Of a stretch of 64,000 bases of DNA, positions 40,951 through 48,453 are shown in pieces. This DNA is from Pseudomonadota bacterium. GTDB taxonomy: Bacteria; Pseudomonadota; Gammaproteobacteria; Burkholderiales; Burkholderiaceae_E. The position numbers and the translations under genes are program-made. The notes beneath the pieces are model-generated. The model made no database searches and was not told where the DNA came from. It saw only the letters and a program-made list of their open reading frames with translations. The stretch is taken from the NCBI GenBank assembly GCA_046046245.1, contig JBJOKE010000011.1, positions 50,919 to 114,918 of the forward strand. The letters are read 5' to 3'. Numbering within the stretch: the stretch's first letter is position 1; each line of letters starts with the position of its first letter.

Positions 40951-42390
40951 ATGACAGCTTCATTCGGCATCCTCTCGGTCGGCGCGTACCTGCCGCGCGC
41001 CCGCATGCAGCGCAAGGCCGTGGCCGCGGCCAACGGCTGGTTCGCGCCGGGCCTGAAGGGCCTGGGCAAGGGCGAGCGCACGATCGGCAACTGGGACGAG
41101 GACACGATCACGATGGCGGTCGAGGCCGCCCGCGACTGCCTCGGCGACCTGGACCGCTCGGGCCTGAAGCAGCTGGTGCTGGCCTCGACCACGCACCCGT
41201 TCGACGACCGCCAGAACGCGACGGTGGTCGCCACCGCGCTGCACCTGCCGAGCGCGCTGCGCACGGCCGACGCCGCCGGCAGCCTGCGTGCCGGCACCGG
41301 CGCGCTGATCGCCGCGCTGGAAGGCCGTGACCGCACGCTGGTCGTCGCCGCCGACATGCGCCGGGCGAAGGCCGGTAGCACGCAGGAGATGCAGTACGGC
41401 GACGGCGCGGCCGCGGTGCTGGTCGGCGAGGGCACGCCGATCGCGACGCTGGTCGGCGCGCACACCGAGTCGGTCGACTTCGTCCACCAGTACCGGATGC
41501 ACGACCGCAACAGCGACTACGGCTGGGAGGAGCGCTGGATCCGCGACGAGGGCTACCTGAAGCTGGTGCCGCGCGCGGTCGGCGCGCTGCTGAAGCGCTG
41601 CGGGGTCGAGCCGGGGGCGGTCGCGCACTTCGTGATGCCGGGCACGCTGTCGAAGGTCCAGGCCGCGGTCGCGAAGAAGTGCGGGCTGCCCGAGACCGCG
41701 GTCCGCGACCCGCTGGGCGCCACCGTCGGCGACACCGGCGCCGCGCATCCGCTGCTGATGCTGGCGGCCGCGCTGGATGACGCGAAGCCCGGCGACAAGG
41801 TCCTGGTGGCGGGCTTCGGCGAGGGCTGCGACGTGCTGCTGCTCGAGGTGGGGCAGGGCGCGTCGGCCGCGAAGCGCGGTTTCAGGGGGGCGCTCGCCGA
41901 CCGTCGCGAGGAGTCGAACTACCTGCGCTGGCTGAGCTTCACCGGCACGATCGACCTGGAGCGAGGCATGCGTGCCGAGGTCGACAAGGCCACCGCGATG
42001 ACGGTGCTCTACCGGAACCGCGACATGATCGAGGGGCTGGTGGGTGGCAGGTGCCGGGCCTGCGGCACGGTACAGTTCCCGCGCCAGCGCTACTGCGTGA
42101 ACCCCGCCTGCAACGCGCTCGACAGCCAGGACGACTACGTCTTCAGCGAGCGGACCGGCAAGGTGATCTCGTACACGGCCGACGGCCTGACCTACAGTCC
42201 CGACCCGCCGACCTACTTCGGGATGGTGCAGGTCGACGGCGGCGGGCGCATGCTGATGGACTTCACCGAGGTCGATCCGGCCGCGATGGACGTCGGGCTG
42301 CCGGTGAAGATGGTGTTCCGGATCAAGGACGCGGACCCCAACCGGGGCTTCGTGCGGTATTTCTGGAAGGCCGCGCCTGCGCGCGGCTGA
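40951..42390 (+). CDS. HMG-CoA-synthase/KAS-III-like domain fused to a DUF35 Zn-ribbon/OB-fold domain
   Basis: Track ORF 40951..42390, 479 aa. The N-terminal ~330 aa has a thiolase-superfamily fold (GILSVGAYLP, YGDGAAAVLV, VAGFGEGCDV). The C-terminus carries CRACGTVQFPRQRYCVNPAC plus OB-fold signatures (ISYTADGL, GMVQVDGGGRMLMDF, VKMVFR). Confidence 0.8.
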   Translation: MTASFGILSVGAYLPRARMQRKAVAAANGWFAPGLKGLGKGERTIGNWDEDTITMAVEAARDCLGDLDRSGLKQLVLASTTHPFDDRQNATVVATALHLPSALRTADAAGSLRAGTGALIAALEGRDRTLVVAADMRRAKAGSTQEMQYGDGAAAVLVGEGTPIATLVGAHTESVDFVHQYRMHDRNSDYGWEERWIRDEGYLKLVPRAVGALLKRCGVEPGAVAHFVMPGTLSKVQAAVAKKCGLPETAVRDPLGATVGDTGAAHPLLMLAAALDDAKPGDKVLVAGFGEGCDVLLLEVGQGASAAKRGFRGALADRREESNYLRWLSFTGTIDLERGMRAEVDKATAMTVLYRNRDMIEGLVGGRCRACGTVQFPRQRYCVNPACNALDSQDDYVFSERTGKVISYTADGLTYSPDPPTYFGMVQVDGGGRMLMDFTEVDPAAMDVGLPVKMVFRIKDADPNRGFVRYFWKAAPARG

Positions 42391-42410
42391 CGACGGACGA
42401 GGAGAACGAC

Positions 42411-43613
42411 ATGGCGAGCGGAATCAAGGACAAGGTGGTCATCCTCGGGATGGGCTGCTCCAAGTTCGGCGAGCGCTGGGACGCGAACGCCCAGGACCTG
42501 ATGGTCGAGGCCTTCGAGGAGGCGCTGAAGGACGCGGGCATCGAGCGCAAGCAGATCGATGCGGCGTGGCTGGGCACCGCGATCGAGGAGCAGCACCTCG
42601 GCAAGTCGGCCGTGCCGCTGGCGATGACGCTGAGGCTGCCCTACATCCCGGTCACCCGCGTGGAGAACTACTGCGCGACCGGTACCGAGGCCCTGCGCGG
42701 CGCGGTCTATGCGGTGGCCTCCGGCGCGGCCGACATCGCGCTGGCGCTGGGTGTCGAGAAGCTGAAGGACACCGGCTACGGCGGCCTGCCGCAGCGCAGC
42801 CGCGGTGCCCTGAACGACCTGTTCTGGCCGAACCTGTCGGCGCCGGGCTCGTTCGCGCAGCTGGCGGCCGCCTACCGCGCCAAGCACGGCGCGAACAAGG
42901 AGGACCTGAAGCGGGCGATGGCGCACATCTCGGTGAAGTCGCACGCGAATGCCGCGAAGAACGCGAAGGCGCACCTGCGCAACGCGATCACCGAGGAGGA
43001 CGTGCTGAAGGCGCCGATGATCGCCGAGCCGCTGGGGCTCTACGACTGCTGCGGCGTGTCCGACGGCTCGGCCTGCGCGATCGTCACCACGCCCGACATC
43101 GCGCGCGGCCTCGGCAAGAAGGACCTGGTCGCCGTGAAGGCGCTGCAGCTCGCGGTCTCGAATGGCGAGGAAGTCCAGTTCGACAAGTGGGACGGCTCGT
43201 ACTTCGCGACCACCCGGGTCGCGGCGGCGCGCGCCTACAAGGAAGCCGGCATCACGAAGCCCCGCGACCAGGTCTCGCTGGTCGACGTGCACGACTGCTT
43301 CTCGGTCACCGAGCTGGTCACGATGGAGGACCTGCAGCTGTCCGCCGAAGGCACGGCGATCCGGGACGTGCTCGACGGCTTCTACGACGCCGACGGCACG
43401 GTGCCCTGCCAGATCGACGGGGGGCTCAAGTGCTTCGGCCACCCGATCGGCGCCTCCGGCCTGCGGATGGTCTACGAGATGTACCTGCAGCTGAGCGGCC
43501 GTGCCGGCGAGCGGCAGCGGTCGGCGCCGGTCTGGGGGATGACGCACAACCTCGGCGGATTCCCGAGCCAGAACGTCTCGTCCGTGACGATCGTCGGACA
43601 GTACGGGGCCTGA
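42411..43613 (+). CDS. SCP-x/nsLTP-type thiolase (thiolase domain protein)
   Basis: Frame of track ORF 42051..43613. ATG at 42411 follows GAGGAG. Motifs VVILGMGCSKFGERW, VENYCATGTEALR (nucleophile Cys), HDCFSVTELV, GGLKCFGHPIGASG. Confidence 0.85.
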   Translation: MASGIKDKVVILGMGCSKFGERWDANAQDLMVEAFEEALKDAGIERKQIDAAWLGTAIEEQHLGKSAVPLAMTLRLPYIPVTRVENYCATGTEALRGAVYAVASGAADIALALGVEKLKDTGYGGLPQRSRGALNDLFWPNLSAPGSFAQLAAAYRAKHGANKEDLKRAMAHISVKSHANAAKNAKAHLRNAITEEDVLKAPMIAEPLGLYDCCGVSDGSACAIVTTPDIARGLGKKDLVAVKALQLAVSNGEEVQFDKWDGSYFATTRVAAARAYKEAGITKPRDQVSLVDVHDCFSVTELVTMEDLQLSAEGTAIRDVLDGFYDADGTVPCQIDGGLKCFGHPIGASGLRMVYEMYLQLSGRAGERQRSAPVWGMTHNLGGFPSQNVSSVTIVGQYGA

Positions 43614-43726
43614 GGCGGGGTTTCGGCGAGCACTGCTCGCCGCCGCCTCAGGGGGACCCGGCATGCTTGCCGGGTCCGCGGGCTGCAGGCCTGAGGCGGG
43701 GTTTCGGCGAGCACTGCTCGCCGCCG
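43607..43726. repeat. Pair of identical 39-nt direct repeats with embedded hairpins (REP-like / terminator region)
   Basis: GGCCTGAGGCGGGGTTTCGGCGAGCACTGCTCGCCGCCG occurs at 43607-43645 and again at 43688-43726. Each copy holds the hairpin GGCGAGC-ACT-GCTCGCC. Copy 1 is closed by TGAGGCGG/CCGCCTCA arms. A separate 9-bp hairpin GGACCCGGC/GCCGGGTCC lies at 43654-43677. Copy 1 includes the thiolase stop codon. Confidence 0.85.
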
Positions 43727-43743
43727 GCGGAGCGGGGCGCGGT

Positions 43744-44708
43744 TCAGCGCCGCGCGCCGTCGACCTCGGCGCAGAGCGCGTCGAGCAGTGCGCCGAAGCG
43801 CTCGGGCCGGTCGTCGAACAGCGCGTGGCCGGCATCCTCGAACAGAGCTCGACGCGGCTGGCCGGACGCGCCGCGAGATGGGCCGCGGCCTGAGCGCGGT
43901 ATTGCGGCGTGATCGCGATCCACAGCGGCCGGCGCAGCCCGCGGGCCGCGTCGCGCAGCCGGGCTCGGTCGAGGCCCCCGTCGAGCATCGACAGGCCGCC
44001 CTCGAGCGGCACCCGGGCCATCGCCGCGGCGAGCGACGCGATCCGCTCGGGGGGCTGCGGCCGTCGGAAGATCGCATGCGCGAAGTCGGCGAGCGCAGTC
44101 GTGCGGTCCTCGCGCAGCCGATGGCGGAACGCGGCGACCCCGTCGCCTTTGCCGGCCGGGCCCTCGCCCAGCGAACTGTCGACCAGCAGCACGCCGGCGA
44201 TCCCCGCGTCGCCATGCCGCGGCAATCCGTGCAGCAGCTCGACGCCGGCGGGCGACCAGGCGACCCCGATCGTCGGCCGTCCGACGGCAGCGATCGCCTC
44301 GAACAGGTCGGCGGCCCGACGGTCGGCGCCGTAGCCGGTCGCGGGGACCTCGGACTCGCCCTCTCCTCGCGGATCGACGGCGATCGCCGGCCGGGTCGCG
44401 GACAGCCGGTCGAGCTGCGGACGCCGGATCGTGGCGGGCAGGCACCAGCCGGGCACCATCAGGACCGGGGTGCCGGTCCGCTCGAGCCCCGCTGAGAGCG
44501 TCGACGGCGCGACGCCGTCCGACGTGACGATGCGGTCGCGGTCGGTCGGCTCCGGTACCGGCGCGTTCGTCTGCGCGCGGGCCTGCGGCGCCGGCGCCTT
44601 CGCGCTCGACGAGGCGCGGGCAGGCGCCGCCACCGCGCCCGTGACGCCGGCGGCCCGCAACCCGGCGTCCGTCGCCGCGCGCAGCCAGCGGAGGCGTGCC
44701 CGGTTCAC
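43744..44708 (-). pseudogene. Secreted alpha/beta-hydrolase with an apparent 1-nt frameshift near the 3' end
   Basis: The N-terminal ~285 aa lie in the frame of track ORF 42213..44708 (GTG start at 44708; PVLMVPGW, GVAWSPAG, PLWIAITPQY). The canonical C-terminus RRALFEDAGHALFDDRPERFGALL lies in the frame of ORF 43744..44445. The frames switch around 43845-43875. Confidence 0.6.
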
Positions 44709-45849
44709 CGCTCGCGCCGTGCGACCCGCTTCGTCGATCGGCCGTCCCGTCCCTTGTAGCCGAACGGGAAGTCGATCGCGGGTACAGTGCCGGCGCTGCG
44801 GTAGGCCGCCTCGAGATCGGGCTGCGCCGCGTAGCGCATCGACTTCAGCGGCGGTGAGTAGATGCCATAGAGCCGCACCGACCAGCCCGGCTCGCTCAGA
44901 TGGCGGTACGGGATCCCGGTGTCGTCCTGCACGACGACCCCGGCGGCGGCGAGCAGCGCGTCTCGGGTCGCGGCGAACTGTCGGTCGTGCAGCAGGCAGG
45001 ACGCCGACTTCAGGAACGCGGTCGCCGGGCGCGCGGCGGTCAGTCGTTCGAGGAACTGCGGATACCAGCGCAGCTCGCGGTCGGTCGCGTCGAGCGAGTG
45101 GTACTCGAGCATGCGGGCCGGACCGCCTTCACGTGCGAACGCGATCCGCACGCCGCGCAGCGGGATCCGCGGGCGACCGACGCCGGAGCGCAGGTCCGGC
45201 GCGCCGTACCCGGCACTCAGCCGCGGGAACGGATCGAGCGGCTCGACCGCCGCGATCCGGTGCCCGGTCAGCGCCATCGTCGCGACGAACACCGGCAGCG
45301 TGCCCTTGAGGTAGGGCGAGGTCAGCTGGCGCGTCATCGCGTCGGTGATGAAGTCGTTCCGCTCGAACAGGTCGCCCAGCGCCGCGCGCACGTCTGCCAG
45401 CAGCTTCGGCAGCGCGGTGGCGTCCAGGCGCTCGAGTTCGGGCAGCCGGCCCGGTCGTTCGAGGCCGACGCACAGCATCCGCGGAGGCGTCCGGAAGAGG
45501 GCGTCGGCGTCAGGACGCCCGGGCCGGAGAACGGGTAGAGCAGGGTACGGCGCGACGCGTCGGCGATCTTCAGCTCCGCGTCGCGCCAGCGGCCCATCGC
45601 GTCCAGCCGCGGTCTTGCCTCGGCCCAGCGGACCTGGACCCCGTCCCGGTGTGCGCGCCAGTCCGCGGTCGCGGCGATCCGGTCGGCGAGCGGATGGCCT
45701 GGCGGCGGCTCGACCCCGGCGATGAGTCGCGCAACGAGATCGGGCTCGAGCGACAGCGGTATGGAGGCGGTATCGGGAAGGGAGGTCCCGTGAGCGCGGG
45801 GGAGGAGCAGGGCGCTCGCGAGCAGGCCGGCGAAGCGGCGTCGACGCAT
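44705..45849 (-). pseudogene. Conserved hypothetical secreted protein (YPFSGP motif) with an apparent 1-nt frameshift
   Basis: Signal peptide plus N-terminal ~105 aa (MRRRRFAGLLASALLLPRAHG...RTLLYPFSGPG) lie in the frame of ORF 45334..46416. The remainder (DADALFRTPPRMLCVGLE...FLKSASCLLH...VVQDDTGIPYRHL) lies in the frame of ORF 44705..45943. The switch is at about 45521-45535. The stop overlaps the hydrolase GTG (GTGA). Confidence 0.55.
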
Positions 45850-45941
45850 GGGGCGGGGTCGCGGACAACCTGAACACCGCCGGTCGGCCGCCGGGCGGCA
45901 ATTGCCTGGACCGTTTCGCCGACGGCATAGTGGATCTCGCC

Positions 45942-47516
45942 ATGTCAGCCTCTGCAGTCCAGCCCGCCGCCGTCGCGTCCTCCCGCCTCGGTGTACCCGG
46001 GCTGTCCGAGGCCGTGTCGTCCCTGGCACGCGGGCTCGTCTACGGCCTCGCAGCCGACGCGCAGCCGCTTCGCCTGCCACTGATCGCGCAGTCGCTGCGC
46101 GCGTCCCTGTCCGTCGGCCGACGCTGCACCCTGCTCGTGCCAGGCGATCCCGCCGTGTTCCTGACGAAGGCCCGACTCGCCGGCATCGACCTGTCGTGGC
46201 ACGAGCGCAGCGGCGATCTCGTGCTCGTCCGCCAGCGCACCGACCCGCTGCTGCCGCTGTTCCGCGCCGGCCCGCAGCCGGTGCTCGAGCAGATCGATCG
46301 CCTCGTCGGTGCCGACCGCGACCTCCTGCTGATCGACCAGGCCGACCCGCTGCTCTTCCTGTCCGATCCGGCGCAGGCCGAACAGGCCTGCGAAGGACTG
46401 CGGCGCTGGGCCGCACGCCGCGACCTCACGGTGCTCGCCTTCTTCACGCCGGGTGTGCGCCCGCAGCGCGAATCGCTGACGCTTCGTGCGAACGCCGAGG
46501 ACTTCGCCGGCTGGGCGGCCCTGCGCGAGCACGACGGTGGCGCCATCCTCGACCTGATGCACTGGTTCGCGCAGGGCGGCAGCGCGGCCCGCGGCAGCCT
46601 GCGGCTGCGCGTGCAGGGCGCCGGCGAGCTGGTCGTCGACCTGCCGGCGGGCGCGCCCGCGCGTCCCGCCGACGCCGGCCCGGCGCAGGTGGCCGTGATG
46701 GATTCCGCGGTCGACGATCCGGTCGCCGCCGTCCGCGACGCGAGCTGGTCGGTCGTCTCGACCCATGCCGAGGCCCTGGAGGCCGCGCGGCCGCTGACGG
46801 CAGGTGCGGTCGTGCTGACCTACGCGCCCGACACGCCGTTCCGCGCCCTGTGCCATGCGGCCTGCGCGATCCGCCGGGTGGCCTCGCCGTGGGTGTCGCT
46901 GCTGGTCCGTGAGCGCGGCATGCGCCTCAGGCTCGTGCAGCAGGTCGCTCTCGCGCGCCTCGGCGTCACGGCCGTCGTCCCCACCGGCGCCGACGACGCG
47001 GACCTCGCGCAGACGATCAACGCGCTCGCCGGCACCGCCTTCCAGAGGACGCTGCCCGACGACGTCGAGGCGACCATCGCGCAGTCGGGCACGCTGGCCG
47101 CGCCGCAGCTGATGGTGACGCGGGCTTTTCGAGACACGGTGGCCGAGGTGCTCGGCACCGCGGGCGCTTCCGAGCTGCCCCATGCGCTGCTGCATGTCGC
47201 CTGCGACCCGGCGCGCGCCCAGCAGCTGGGCACCTTCGCGCTGCAGCGCAAGATTCGGGACGCCGCCATGACCGTCGACCCGACGGGGCTCTGGGTGTTC
47301 CTCTTCGGATGCCCTGCGTCGCGTGCGCAGCGGGTGGCCGAGCGCACCTTCGCGCGGTACTACGCGGAAATCGCGTCGAGCATCACCGTCGAGGGTACGG
47401 TCGGCGGTATCGCCCGCCGGCTGGAGCGCCTCGCGGGGGCCGTCGGACTGCGCGACGGAGACACGGTCCGGATGGCCGCGAGCGCCACCGAGGCGCACGA
47501 CGACCCGGTTCGCTGA
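45942..47516 (+). CDS. bcsE: BcsE-like protein (degenerate RecA-like NTD + GIL: REC*-GGDEF*), orphan
   Basis: Track ORF 45930..47516 (ATG at 45942), 524 aa. It appears colinear with E. coli BcsE as I recall it: ILDLMHWFAQGGSAARGSLRL vs LLDIAFWCNEKGVSARQQLSV, LLVRERGMRLR...AVVP vs ILVRENTASLR...MVIP, MTVDPTGLWVFLFGC vs MTIGGNRLVLFLSFC. This comparison is from memory and needs an HMM check. Confidence 0.55.
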   Translation: MSASAVQPAAVASSRLGVPGLSEAVSSLARGLVYGLAADAQPLRLPLIAQSLRASLSVGRRCTLLVPGDPAVFLTKARLAGIDLSWHERSGDLVLVRQRTDPLLPLFRAGPQPVLEQIDRLVGADRDLLLIDQADPLLFLSDPAQAEQACEGLRRWAARRDLTVLAFFTPGVRPQRESLTLRANAEDFAGWAALREHDGGAILDLMHWFAQGGSAARGSLRLRVQGAGELVVDLPAGAPARPADAGPAQVAVMDSAVDDPVAAVRDASWSVVSTHAEALEAARPLTAGAVVLTYAPDTPFRALCHAACAIRRVASPWVSLLVRERGMRLRLVQQVALARLGVTAVVPTGADDADLAQTINALAGTAFQRTLPDDVEATIAQSGTLAAPQLMVTRAFRDTVAEVLGTAGASELPHALLHVACDPARAQQLGTFALQRKIRDAAMTVDPTGLWVFLFGCPASRAQRVAERTFARYYAEIASSITVEGTVGGIARRLERLAGAVGLRDGDTVRMAASATEAHDDPVR

Positions 47517-47750
47517 ACGCGCGATGAGGTCGCGCACCGCCGGGCCCGGGGCCGGGCAGGGCGCGCGGACCGACGGAACCGGCCGTTGGCTGCCCCGATC
47601 CGCCGGCCGCGACCCGGCACAACGCCCCACGCTGGACCGGCGCGACGGAGAATCGTCGACGCGCCTGTCGATCGTCCGGGGATCCGAACCGTTTTCGTGC
47701 ATCGGGCGCACCGTCGTGACAACCGAATCCCGGGGTCATGCGTTCAGAGG

Positions 47751-48041
47751 ATGTCCGAACCCCGAAGGGCGTCCGCGCCCGCCACGATGTTCTACGGTCC
47801 TTTCGATTATCCCGGTCGCCGCGCCGACGGTCCCTGGCACGAAGACGAAACAGTTGCGCTGCTCCGCGCCTGGCGTCTCGGCGACTCGCTCGACGAACTG
47901 AGCGAACGTCATCATCGTCCGATCGAGGCGATCCTGTCCCATCTGCGGATCCGCGGCGCCCTCGATACGCGCCCCGCCCCGGCGCGTCCGGCCGGCTTCA
48001 CGATGGGCGGACTGGCAATGCCGCAACTGTCCCGCGGCTGA
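47751..48041 (+). CDS. Small hypothetical protein with a GcrA-N/SANT-like helix-turn-helix pattern
   Basis: Part of track ORF 47586..48041, ATG at 47751 (alternative 47787). WHEDETVALLRAWRLGDSLDELSERHHRPIEAILSHLRIRG resembles the W-x2-E-x4-L-x2-W-x2-G-x-S-x2-E-I...A-I pattern of GcrA/Myb-like HTH. Third-position GC is visibly lower than in neighbouring genes. Coding status is uncertain. Confidence 0.4.
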   Translation: MSEPRRASAPATMFYGPFDYPGRRADGPWHEDETVALLRAWRLGDSLDELSERHHRPIEAILSHLRIRGALDTRPAPARPAGFTMGGLAMPQLSRG

Positions 48042-48357
48042 GCGACGCGGCCCCGTCGGTCCCGTTCGGAGCCGACGCCGCTCGACACTGCATCTCGCCC
48101 CGGGGACGCGTCGCCCCGGATGACCGAAGCAGGGGGGCTCCCGACAGCGCAGCCCATCGGCGGATACTGTCCGTATCGAGCGCAGGGGCAGCGTGCTCCA
48201 CCCTCCGACCTGCTTATTAAATTTGACATAAGACACATTACGCGACAAACAGGCTCCGGCCGGGATCAGGCCCGGTCGAGCCTCTGTGCGCGTGCCGGGT
48301 CTGCCTGATCCGGGCCTCCACGGCCAGCCCCGGACACGCGGCGGACCGCGCAATGAG

Positions 48358-48369
48358 TGAAACGTTTCA
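48358..48369. promoter_or_regulatory. Perfect 12-bp palindrome TGAAACGTTTCA, candidate LacI-family operator
   Basis: Read directly at 48358-48369. It abuts the -35 hexamer of the predicted promoter. It has the central-CG architecture typical of LacI/GalR operators, and a LacI-family gene lies in the downstream gene string (52665). Confidence 0.5.
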
Positions 48370-48399
48370 TTGACACCCCTCCGGCAAGCTGCCTACTCT
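48370..48399 (+). promoter_or_regulatory. Sigma70-like promoter for the hydratase/CoA-transferase/lyase/ACAD/LacI operon
   Basis: TTGACA (48370-48375), an 18-nt spacer, then TACTCT (48394-48399), about 55 nt upstream of the ATG at 48454. Confidence 0.45.
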
Positions 48400-48453
48400 C
48401 GGTCGCGACAGTGAAGCGTGCAGTCGATCGAGGCGCACTTCGAGACGAGGCCC

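Noticed and set aside
45521-45535. Programmed -1 ribosomal frameshifting at C CCG GGC in the YPFSGP-motif gene
   Set aside because: The heptamer formally fits X XXY YYZ, but Y = G is not a canonical slippery tRNA-repairing sequence. I see no obvious downstream pseudoknot. The neighbouring hydrolase has a frameshift with no slippery motif at all. A deletion or sequencing indel is the simpler explanation.
48223-48228. TTGACA inside the AT-rich patch, as a promoter -35
   Set aside because: No acceptable -10 hexamer lies 16-19 nt downstream (CAAACA/ACAAAC) on the plus strand, and none is convincing on the minus strand. It is kept only as part of the AT-rich-island observation.
47736-48353. Minus-strand ORF 47736..48353 (205 aa) covering the non-coding stretch
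   Set aside because: The translation has no domain signature. It runs antisense through the small HTH-like ORF, and its codon pattern is not gene-like. It is treated as non-coding.
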